This document shows positions 26,057 to 34,400 of a stretch of DNA of 60,897 bases, in pieces. Source of the stretch: a virus (lineage: Duplodnaviria > Caudoviricetes); IMG/VR virus record IMGVR_UViG_3300019889_000017, positions 1 to 60,897 of that record. One strand, written 5' to 3'. Every line of letters begins with the position of its first letter. The first letter of the stretch is position 1. The notes beneath the pieces are model-generated. The model had not been told where the DNA came from and did not search any database. It saw nothing but the letters and a program-made list of their open reading frames with translations. The translations under genes were made by a program, and so were the position numbers.

Positions 26057-26799
26057 TCACTTTTCCCTGCCTTCCCGGTCCGCCGAGCTGTTGTCGCCGA
26101 GCGTACGCGAGAGGGGCCTGAGCGCGTCCCGGTGCGGCGCAGCAGCATGGGATCGGTCACCACCGGCCCGGACCACGACAAATCCAGCGCCGAGCCGTAG
26201 TGCCACTTGCGCGCCACCCGGTCAGCTGCCCGGTGTTTCGTCAGGCTGGGGATGGACAGGTGGTCCACCAGTGACGGCCAGGTGTACCAGACCTCACGAT
26301 CGTTGCGCTTCGCCCAGCCGCCCACCCGCATGTCGTCCGGGACCCCGCCGCGCCGGGAGGACCACTCGATCATCGCCGGTATGTCGGCTGTCGGAACCGC
26401 CAGGCTCACGCCCCACATCACGCGCTCGCCGCGGACCCAGGATGCGTGCACGGCGTCGGCACGCACCGTCAACACGTCCCAGCGGGCCGGAGCCATCCGC
26501 CCGGTGCCGAGGTAGGGCGAGACCACCGCCCCGTCAGGGACGAACTCCAGGGCCTTCTCCAGCCCCGCGAGGTAGTCGCCGCACGGAACCGCGTCGTCCT
26601 GGATCAACACGTGGTAGTCGGCCGCCGGGTCGAACAGTGACCAGGCCTCGCGCGCCACGTTCCACACGCGCTCGGCGTTGCCGGACGGCGGGCCGTTGTC
26701 GTCCCAGTAGATCTCCACCGGGCGGTCCAGCGCATCGCGAAGTTCTTTCACGTACCTCGCCCGGTCCGGGTGGGCCATGATGCTGGCGCTGACCCTCAC
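26053..26799 (-). CDS. Glycosyltransferase (GT-A fold)
   Basis: IMAHPDR, HVLIQDDA, PDD, PSLVDH. Confidence 0.75.
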   Translation of the reverse strand: MRVSASIMAHPDRARYVKELRDALDRPVEIYWDDNGPPSGNAERVWNVAREAWSLFDPAADYHVLIQDDAVPCGDYLAGLEKALEFVPDGAVVSPYLGTGRMAPARWDVLTVRADAVHASWVRGERVMWGVSLAVPTADIPAMIEWSSRRGGVPDDMRVGGWAKRNDREVWYTWPSLVDHLSIPSLTKHRAADRVARKWHYGSALDLSWSGPVVTDPMLLRRTGTRSGPSRVRSATTARRTGKAGKSE

Positions 26800-28598
26800 T
26801 CGCCGTCCCGCAATGCCTGCAGCATCGACTCCCGCAGATCCTTGCGGGGGCCGAGCCGGATCCCGCGGGCGCGCGCGAGCGCGCGGAGCTGGCCTGTGTT
26901 CAGGTCCTCGGTCGACGTTCCCGGCCTCACGCTCCCCAGTTCGCCCTCATGCACGATGAACCAGAGCGGCGGCGCCTCGGCCACCGGCATCGGCTCAGCC
27001 AGGTTAGGTTGCGGCTCCGGACCAGGCTCCTCCCCAGTGGCCCAGCCGGGAGAAGGCGAGACGCCCTCGCTCGTGATGGCGGTGACCGCGTGCAGCCCCT
27101 CGGACCCGGCCGCCCGGAGATTGGCGTCCACTATGGCGGCCGACTCCTCCGGAGTCTCCTGACGAATGGCCAGCTGAGTCACGGCGAGGTGGTCGTGGAA
27201 GATCTTGATCGGTTCCAGAAAGCCCTCCGCCACCATCTCGTCCACCGCCTCAGCCACGCCGGGCCAGTCGGGGTGGCCGTAGTCGTCCAGCGCGATCACG
27301 GCGTTGGGCGCGAGGTGCGGCGCCCACAGCTCGACGTCGGCCAGAGCGCCCTCCTTGCTGTGGTCGCCGTCGATGAAGATCAAACCCACCTGCCGGTTGC
27401 CGTAGCCGACCAGATCCGGGGAGGTGACCCAGTCCCGGGCCACGTTGGCGCTGAAGTCGTGGACCAGCGTGATCGAGCTGTTGTAGCCGAGCGCCATCAC
27501 GTTGTACTCGGCCCAGCGCCGCGAGCCCTCCTCGTTGAACGGCGGGGCATAGGTGTTGCCCGCCTTCTCCCACAGGTCGACACCCCACAGGTGCGCTCCG
27601 TTCCCCTGGCGCGCTCCCCAGGCCATCAGCAGCGCGGTCCGGCCCTGGAACACGCCGATCTCCACGATCGCCTGATCCGAGGGCACCTGGGCGGCGAAGT
27701 CGGCCAGCGCGACCCCGATCTCATCCGGGGTAGCGCCGCGGACCTTCTTGAAGTGCCGGGGGATCGAAAGCCTCGTCATACGGTTGCCTCTCGGTCTCGG
27801 AGTCACCGACCGCGGCATGGTGCCGGGCCGAAGTCTGGACTGGACCGACTTCTCAGGCCGGACGTCCGGCCTGAGAAGTCGGTCCAGTCCAGACTTCGGC
27901 CCGGCGGTCAGCATCGTGTGGCCGCGCCAGTCCTCATACCGAAGCTTGTCCCGCTTGAACTGGTCCCGGTGGTTGACCCGCTGGTACTGGGCGTCGCTCT
28001 CGGCCTTCCCCGCGATCGGGTGCATGTGCTCGATCCGCACCTCGGGGAGGTGGCGCAACGCCCCGGCTCCGCCGAACAGGTCCATCATCGCGTTGTCGCA
28101 GTACATGTGCTCCACCGGTGCCGGGACCATCCGGCCGAGCGCGCGGACCGCGTCAGCGGTCACCGCCCATTCGGTGCTGAGGTTCTGGCCCTGGTAGCCG
28201 TCGTCCCCGTAGACCATGCCGGTGCCCAGCTCGTGCAGGACGGCGAGGTAGCGCTCAGCCCAGCCGATCGTCTGGGGGAGGTGATCGTCGCCGGCGAATC
28301 CGAGGGCGAAGTATGAACTGTCCACGATCAACTGGCTGACCGTCCGCTCCAGCTTGTGCACCATCGGCATCCACTCGGTAAACGTGATCATCTTGAGCGG
28401 GCTGGGCGTGTCATCCGGCGTGTCGTCCAGGAACTCATCCAGGACCGCGCCGTATTCGTAGTACCTCGGGTCGTCGGCATCCACGGCCAGCACAAGGTCC
28501 GCGACGTCCCAGGCGTTGGTGAAGTCCCAGGCGGCGATCAGGCGCCGGATGTTCCCCGGGCGGCCGCGGGTGGGGACGAGAACAGCCAGCTCAGGCAC
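26796..28598 (-). CDS. GT2-like glycosyltransferase fused to a class I SAM methyltransferase
   Basis: VLVPTRGRP, FAGDDH, HMYCD, IEHMH; then VEIGVFQG, IFIDGDH, LDDY; second RBS+ATG at about 27779. Confidence 0.75.
   Translation of the reverse strand: MPELAVLVPTRGRPGNIRRLIAAWDFTNAWDVADLVLAVDADDPRYYEYGAVLDEFLDDTPDDTPSPLKMITFTEWMPMVHKLERTVSQLIVDSSYFALGFAGDDHLPQTIGWAERYLAVLHELGTGMVYGDDGYQGQNLSTEWAVTADAVRALGRMVPAPVEHMYCDNAMMDLFGGAGALRHLPEVRIEHMHPIAGKAESDAQYQRVNHRDQFKRDKLRYEDWRGHTMLTAGPKSGLDRLLRPDVRPEKSVQSRLRPGTMPRSVTPRPRGNRMTRLSIPRHFKKVRGATPDEIGVALADFAAQVPSDQAIVEIGVFQGRTALLMAWGARQGNGAHLWGVDLWEKAGNTYAPPFNEEGSRRWAEYNVMALGYNSSITLVHDFSANVARDWVTSPDLVGYGNRQVGLIFIDGDHSKEGALADVELWAPHLAPNAVIALDDYGHPDWPGVAEAVDEMVAEGFLEPIKIFHDHLAVTQLAIRQETPEESAAIVDANLRAAGSEGLHAVTAITSEGVSPSPGWATGEEPGPEPQPNLAEPMPVAEAPPLWFIVHEGELGSVRPGTSTEDLNTGQLRALARARGIRLGPRKDLRESMLQALRDGE
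27822..27905. repeat. 84-bp perfect palindrome, no loop
   Basis: Two 42-bp arms centred on GAC|GTC (27863/27864). Confidence 0.95.
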
Positions 28599-28752
28599 CT
28601 TGACCTTCTTTCTGCTGGTCCTCGAACCGTTGCCGAGCAGCAGTCGTCACAGGCACGCCCTTGCACGAATGAGTTACAAACCAGACAAACTTGCCGCAGG
28701 TCTCACACTCGGTGCGACCGTCGCCAGGGTCCGTGTGCGGGTGATCAATCAT
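28591..28752 (-). CDS. Small Zn-finger-like protein (53 aa)
   Basis: Translated by hand: MIDHPHT...CETCGK...HSC; overlaps both neighbours. Confidence 0.45.
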   Translation of the reverse strand: MIDHPHTDPGDGRTECETCGKFVWFVTHSCKGVPVTTAARQRFEDQQKEGQGA

Positions 28753-29420
28753 CATTTGCTCCAGGTGAAGTACGGGTTGTCGATCACGGACCGCTGTATG
28801 CCGGGCCGGATCAGCCGTGGGTTCTCCCAGCGCGAGCCCCGGCCGTCGGCCCGGGACGTCGAGTACAGGTAGTGGTACATGATCCGGGGGACGACCACCT
28901 CGGTCTGCAACAGCCCGCTACGGCGGAGCTGGGCGACCCAGGCCCGATCCTCCGGGGACCCCTTGCGGGCCCGGCGGAAGTCGGCGCTCCGCGCGATCCG
29001 GGACAGCATCGGGTTGATGTGCGAGATGTCGCGTTCATGGCGGCCGCGCATGTTCCGCCAGTGGCCGTAGGCCAGCGAGTGGTAGGCCACCGCGGTGGGC
29101 ATGTCGTCGGAGTAGCACTGGACCTGGAACCCGACGTAGTCGCGGCGGTGGTCCAGCGCGCGCATGACCTCGTCCACGAAGAACGGGCTCACCATGTCGT
29201 CGTCGTCCACGAACGAGAGGTAGTCCGTCGCGGTGTCCAGGACCATCCGCTGGCGGATCTCGGGGAGCGACGGGTGGCCGTTGTTCCACCACGCGACGAC
29301 GCGCACCCGGCCCTCGTACGGGTGGAGCTGGGGCAGCAGCCCGGTCATCAGCCGCTCGAACAGCGGGCGCCGCTCGCCCAGGGTCGGCACGAGGATCGTC
29401 CAAGAAGGCGCGGCTGTCAT
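28752..29420 (-). CDS. GT2-family glycosyltransferase
   Basis: WTILVPTL, YLSFVDDDD, GSPED, YHY. Confidence 0.8.
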   Translation of the reverse strand: MTAAPSWTILVPTLGERRPLFERLMTGLLPQLHPYEGRVRVVAWWNNGHPSLPEIRQRMVLDTATDYLSFVDDDDMVSPFFVDEVMRALDHRRDYVGFQVQCYSDDMPTAVAYHSLAYGHWRNMRGRHERDISHINPMLSRIARSADFRRARKGSPEDRAWVAQLRRSGLLQTEVVVPRIMYHYLYSTSRADGRGSRWENPRLIRPGIQRSVIDNPYFTWSK

Positions 29421-29460
29421 GTTGCCACTGTAGCGGAGCCGAGGCCATCTCGGGAGCCGA

Positions 29461-29720
29461 GGCGATTTGCCCTAGAACTACTATGGTTTCTCCCAGAATA
29501 TATCTGGTTTGCCCCGATCTAGGGGACAGGGGACCCTGGGGAGCGTCAACCCCCTCGCGCCCATACGCGTATTACGTGTGTGCGCCAAGATCAACTAATG
29601 ACAACTTTTTCCATACGCGTAGGTGGTTGGGGTCCCCAGGGGTTCCCTTTACATCCCCGCATAACAGGGCGAACCATATATATTTCGGGATGTACCATAG
29701 TAGTTCTAGGGCGAATCGCC
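29461..29720. other. Non-coding nested inverted-repeat element, origin-like (copy 1)
   Basis: About 55-bp imperfect outer inverted repeats, inner inverted repeats, two CCATACGCGTA, AT-rich core. Confidence 0.6.
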
Positions 29721-29733
29721 ACAGGCCTGGCGC

Positions 29734-30423
29734 TCACCAGGTCGGAACGCCGGGAAACTTACTGATGTCCCCAACGTCGTATACTTCTAGATTGCGAGGT
29801 GTGCCCGCACTTGCGAAATGGCTGCCTCCGGCGACCGAGAACGAGCCTTGAAGCTGGACGGCACCGGTCACGTTTCCCGCATCACTGACGGAGAAGTACA
29901 CGCCACTCCCCGTAGCGTTGAATGCCGCGTTCGCCGCGGTGATCGGGAAGCGGTAGTACTCCCCCAGCTGTGCACCGGCCGACTTGAACACCCGGAGATC
30001 CGCGTAGGTGTTGGCCGTGCCGTGCGAAACCCCGCCGTGGGTCTTCATCTCGTAGACCCGGTTGCGGATGAATGTCACGCTGGCCGTGGTCAGCAGAGCC
30101 GTCAGGCTGATACCGATGGCGGTCTGGCTGGAGGTGGCCTGGGCCCTGGCCCACATGCCCACGCCGTCCGACTCAGCCGAGTCAGCCGACCGCCCGATGA
30201 TCATCAGCGACCCGCGGTAGCTGATCATCTGGACGACGGCGCCCTCCATGACCGAGGCTTCGGCCAGCCGGGGGACTCCGGTCAGGATGATGCCGGAGAT
30301 CGCGACGTCCGCGGTGCCGTCCGTATTGACCGCGTCCACCACCCCGACCCGCAGGGTGAGCGTGTCCTCTCCGTCCAGCGAGGGGCGGAGCTTCTTCATC
30401 AGCTTGGTGTAGTCGAGCGCCAT
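29734..30423 (-). CDS. Minor tail protein
   Basis: OB-like 'GVVDAVNTDGTADV' N-terminus, end of the tail module. Confidence 0.6.
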   Translation of the reverse strand: MALDYTKLMKKLRPSLDGEDTLTLRVGVVDAVNTDGTADVAISGIILTGVPRLAEASVMEGAVVQMISYRGSLMIIGRSADSAESDGVGMWARAQATSSQTAIGISLTALLTTASVTFIRNRVYEMKTHGGVSHGTANTYADLRVFKSAGAQLGEYYRFPITAANAAFNATGSGVYFSVSDAGNVTGAVQLQGSFSVAGGSHFASAGTPRNLEVYDVGDISKFPGVPTW

Positions 30424-31496
30424 CAGAGTTCCCGCACCTGGAGAGAGGTGTCGCCGGTGAGGTCGAGCGTTACAGCGTCCACGGCGTAGACCGCACCGTT
30501 ATCGCTGACCACGTCCCCCGCGGTGATCGTCGGGTCGTACGGCCGGATCAGGGTGTAGGTGGCGCCGGCGCCGATGTTCTGGCTGAGGATCGTCTGTGCG
30601 GCGCTCTGAGCCTGCGGGACGGTGAGCAGCAGTGGGGAGCTGAAGAACTGGGTCACGCGCCCGTAGGGGCTGGTCCCCGGCCCGGTCCCGGCGTAGGTCG
30701 GGGAGGAAGGATCGTCATCGACGGCGACCGCCTGGACCGGAACCGAGCCGTCCTGGGACTCGCCGCGGGCCACGATCACGTTGGGCGGCCGGGTGTCGAA
30801 GTTGGCCGACAGGCTGGTGAGCTGGTCGAGAGGGTACGAACTGGTGGGATCCGGGACCAGGGTGCCGACCTGGATGTGGCCTACCCGGTCGTACCAGGCG
30901 GTGCGGCTGAAGCTGCTCAGGATGTCCAGGATCTCCGACCACGGCGCGGTCCCGGTGTCGAGCCCGAGCACCCGGGCCACGCCCAGGGCGGCGCCGACCG
31001 GCGTCACGCCGGGGTTCACGCCGGTCCGGTTGGTGACCACCGTATTGATCATGGTGCCCAGGTCGGTACCGGACGCGATGGTCAGCGGCGTCTCGAACCG
31101 GTACCGCTCCACATCGTCCGAGATGTCTATCAGGCCTACGTCCACCATCCGCTGACCCGCGCGCACGTCGGTCTTGGCGGAGCTGATCTCGTAGGTCCCG
31201 TAAGGCACGCTTGACACTGAATCGTCAAGGAGCTGGACGCCAAGCTCTACCTCGACGGTGGTGCCGAACGGGGTCAGCAGGTCCCCCGGCCTGCGCGGCA
31301 ACAGGTCGTCGCCGGCGAACGAGAGGCGTCCGTCCCACCGTCCGTTGCGCCGGGCGTCCTGGGTGAAGCTGCCCGCGACCGGTTCCAGCTCCTGGGTCAC
31401 ACCTCCCCGGCTGAAGGTGAAGCGGCTCCACCGCCGGTAGCCGGTCGGGGTGCCGAGCGCGGCTTGTGCTCGCGCTGAAGCGAACTGGGTGCTCAC
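30423..31496 (-). CDS. Minor tail / baseplate hub-like protein
   Basis: LLTPFG, VPYGTY, NVIVARGE, DDDPSSPTY, YGRV..FFSSPLL typical of actinophage tail proteins. Confidence 0.7.
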   Translation of the reverse strand: MSTQFASARAQAALGTPTGYRRWSRFTFSRGGVTQELEPVAGSFTQDARRNGRWDGRLSFAGDDLLPRRPGDLLTPFGTTVEVELGVQLLDDSVSSVPYGTYEISSAKTDVRAGQRMVDVGLIDISDDVERYRFETPLTIASGTDLGTMINTVVTNRTGVNPGVTPVGAALGVARVLGLDTGTAPWSEILDILSSFSRTAWYDRVGHIQVGTLVPDPTSSYPLDQLTSLSANFDTRPPNVIVARGESQDGSVPVQAVAVDDDPSSPTYAGTGPGTSPYGRVTQFFSSPLLLTVPQAQSAAQTILSQNIGAGATYTLIRPYDPTITAGDVVSDNGAVYAVDAVTLDLTGDTSLQVREL

Positions 31497-31578
31497 CGTG
31501 CACGTCCTTTGTGGATGATCAAGTTTCCCGCTCCGGATAGACCACTGTGGACGATCCGCAGATCACTGGCCAGGGGCA

Positions 31579-34395
31579 TTACAAGAACTCCGATGGGTCG
31601 GGTGTGGTCGGCCACGGCTGCCGGACGAGCACCAGGCTCAGCACCTTGACCGTGCTCACTGGGCCCTTGACGGTCCAGCCCTGCGGGGCGAACCAGCCGG
31701 GCATACCACCCAGAGGTGAGTAGTAGATCCGGTCGGCACTGAGTAGTGCCTCCAGCCGGTTGATGGCAGCTCGGCCCTCGACAGCGATCGACAGGCTGAG
31801 GTCCTCCCCGGTCAGGGTCGTGGACACCGAGTGCAGCCCGCCGTCCAGCGGGATGGAGTCAACCACCAGCCGCGGGAATGCGCTGGTCCGATCGGTGGCC
31901 ACGGCCATCTTGTCGGTCAGGCTCGCGATCCGGTCCAGGTTGTCGGTGTAGGTGAAGGCCGGAACCGTGGAGCTGGAGAAGTCGCTCACCTTCAGCTCCG
32001 GCACGGCCAGCGGGCCACCGGAGATCGTGCCGTCCAGCCGGACGAAATGAGCCTCCTTGTAGACCGGAACGTGACTGGCGCTGGTCGTGGTGCCCGACCC
32101 GTTGGACGCGATGCCCGGGGTCGCCGAGCCGGAGTTGCCGCTGGTGTGGGTGTGGCCGGTGGTCGGAGAGTCGCCCAGGTCGCCGGAGGTCGGCCGCTCG
32201 AAAGAGCCGGTCCCCGAGACGGCGACGTTCGTGTCGTGGCTGTGCGAGCCCATCCCGTGGGTGTGGCTGCCCGCGGTGTGGGTGTGCGACGAGGACCCGC
32301 CGGTGCTGTTCACCGAGTCGGCGCCGACGTCCCGGGCGAACCAGGTCCGCATGTCCGGGGTCCCGCTGTTGCCGTCGCACAACGTCAGCAGCGGATCGAG
32401 CGCAGCCACCGTGCCGAGGTACAGGCCGATGATCCGGGTCTGAGTGCCACCCCCGGAATTGACCAGCGTGCGGAGCCTCCGGTTCGGCGGATCCAGGGAG
32501 GCCGCGCTGGTCGCACCTCCGGACGCCGAGCTCAAGTCTCCGGAGTCCGCGTTCGTCACGGTCATCGGGTGGTTGTGCCTCGGCAGCCAGCGAGGGGAGG
32601 AGGAGCCGAATCCGGCCTCCTGGCTGGAGACCGGGTTGCTCAGGCTGGTGTTGCTCAGCGAGTGGGCATGGATGAACCCGTCGTGCGTGTGCGCGGCCAC
32701 GGTGTGCGTGTGGGTGGCCGTGCCAGTGCTCGCCCCGCCGTTGCCCGCTGCAGCAGCGCCGCGCAGGTACCTCCCCGAACTGGGTGCGTCGGTGTCCCAG
32801 CCGGACACGCTCTCGGTGGCCCAGCCGAGTACCCCGGTGGGGTAGTTGGCCTGTGAGCCGTCCGACTCGATCCAGATCACCTCGCGCGTGGACGGCAGGT
32901 TGTTGGCGGAGTTCGTCGCGGGGGTAGCCAGGCCGGACAGGAACGCGTCCCGGACACCGGTCGCGCTCGGCCGGGTGTGCGAGTGCGGCTGGTCAGCCTG
33001 AGGCTGGCTGGCCCCGTTGAACCGGGCGCTGGTGGTGGAGCTGTTGGACGTGCCCGTGTTGCCACCAACGCTGTGGCTGTGGGCGCCGATCGTGTGGCCG
33101 TGGCTGGTGGCCATCGAGTGGCTGTGGCTGGCCGTCCCTCCGGTTGCACTAGGTGCGCCGGTGCCGGTCGCCCCACGCGGGTAGAAGCCGTCCAGTGCGG
33201 CCACCCGGGTCCAGCCGGACGGGATGCTGGCGATCGTGCTCGGCCAGGCCAGGATCATGTCCGCCGGGATGGTGTCCGGCAGTTCCACGAACGTCGAGAC
33301 GTAACCCCAGTACCGGACCCGGTAGGTGATGTCACAGGCCTCGTCCGACGGCTCGCAGTCGGGGCCGCTCAGCTGCGGGTCCAGCTGTGGAATCGCCAGA
33401 TCCAGGTAGGAGCCGTTGAGCCCGTCCGGCACGGTCGCGATCCGGGACGACCCGGTGCAGTCGTCGCGGTAGACCTCGGCCACGACGTAGTCGTTGTCCC
33501 ACATCTGGCCGCCGGGGTTCTCCCAGGTCACCCGGTACCCGCCGAATTCAGGCGTGACCGTGACAAGGGGAGGTGAAGGCGGGGGGATGGTGTTCTCGAT
33601 GCTGAACGCGAGAATCTGTGTGTGCTCGAACGGGTCGGCTCCCCGGATGGTCGAGCGGACCACGAAGGTTGCGGTGTACGTGCCGTCGGGCAGGCCGGTG
33701 GTGACCGGCACCGTACCGGGCGGAGTGCCCGAGCCGGAGCTGGAGAACACAGTCACGGCCGCGCCGTTCTTCACTGTGACGGCCCAGCTCAGGGGAGGTA
33801 GACCGTCGTATCCGACGCCGCCGAAGAACAGATCCGGCTGGTTAGTGTCGGTGACCGTGCCGCCGGTCTGGTCGACGCCCGCATTGTCCTGGATCTCGGG
33901 GCTGTAGTCAGGTTGCAGGCGGGTATCGACATCGACGTACATCTCCGCCGTGCGCGTTTCGGTGGCGCCGTCCTCCGGCTGGTCGAACCAGCCACCGCCG
34001 ATGTTCAGGTCGGACAGGGCGCCCGCGGTGCTGAGCCCGTACTCGGCGTCCTGGTACCACGATCCGGACTGCTCGGTGAACACGGCGGTGACCGGCACCG
34101 TGTCGAACCCGATGAAGTCGTCGGTCCCGCGGCCGAGGTCGATGTCCTCGGTGCACGTCCCGGCGTCGGCTCGGATCCGGATCCGGCCGCGGACCCGGTG
34201 CCGCCCGTAACCGGCCGCGGGTGTGTGCGGGCCCACCCTCAGGTTGTAGTTGTCGCTGGAGTCGGCCTCGTTGAAATCCACGTACGTGGCATCGGAGTTG
34301 TCCGAGGTCACAGCCGCCAGAGTGCCCGAAGGTACGGCGGTTCCACCTCCCGTCTTACGGACGGAGACGGGCCTCAGAACGTCGACAACAGCCAT
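31579..34395 (-). CDS. Tail fibre / minor tail protein with collar-like domains and HxH repeats
   Basis: IPSGW, LCDGNSGTPD, many HSH/HTH motifs. Confidence 0.75.
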   Translation of the reverse strand: MAVVDVLRPVSVRKTGGGTAVPSGTLAAVTSDNSDATYVDFNEADSSDNYNLRVGPHTPAAGYGRHRVRGRIRIRADAGTCTEDIDLGRGTDDFIGFDTVPVTAVFTEQSGSWYQDAEYGLSTAGALSDLNIGGGWFDQPEDGATETRTAEMYVDVDTRLQPDYSPEIQDNAGVDQTGGTVTDTNQPDLFFGGVGYDGLPPLSWAVTVKNGAAVTVFSSSGSGTPPGTVPVTTGLPDGTYTATFVVRSTIRGADPFEHTQILAFSIENTIPPPSPPLVTVTPEFGGYRVTWENPGGQMWDNDYVVAEVYRDDCTGSSRIATVPDGLNGSYLDLAIPQLDPQLSGPDCEPSDEACDITYRVRYWGYVSTFVELPDTIPADMILAWPSTIASIPSGWTRVAALDGFYPRGATGTGAPSATGGTASHSHSMATSHGHTIGAHSHSVGGNTGTSNSSTTSARFNGASQPQADQPHSHTRPSATGVRDAFLSGLATPATNSANNLPSTREVIWIESDGSQANYPTGVLGWATESVSGWDTDAPSSGRYLRGAAAAGNGGASTGTATHTHTVAAHTHDGFIHAHSLSNTSLSNPVSSQEAGFGSSSPRWLPRHNHPMTVTNADSGDLSSASGGATSAASLDPPNRRLRTLVNSGGGTQTRIIGLYLGTVAALDPLLTLCDGNSGTPDMRTWFARDVGADSVNSTGGSSSHTHTAGSHTHGMGSHSHDTNVAVSGTGSFERPTSGDLGDSPTTGHTHTSGNSGSATPGIASNGSGTTTSASHVPVYKEAHFVRLDGTISGGPLAVPELKVSDFSSSTVPAFTYTDNLDRIASLTDKMAVATDRTSAFPRLVVDSIPLDGGLHSVSTTLTGEDLSLSIAVEGRAAINRLEALLSADRIYYSPLGGMPGWFAPQGWTVKGPVSTVKVLSLVLVRQPWPTTPDPSEFL

Positions 34396-34400
34396 GACTT

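Noticed and set aside
27822-27905. Protelomerase telomere site
   Set aside because: No protelomerase or tyrosine-recombinase gene was seen and the site is inside an ORF.
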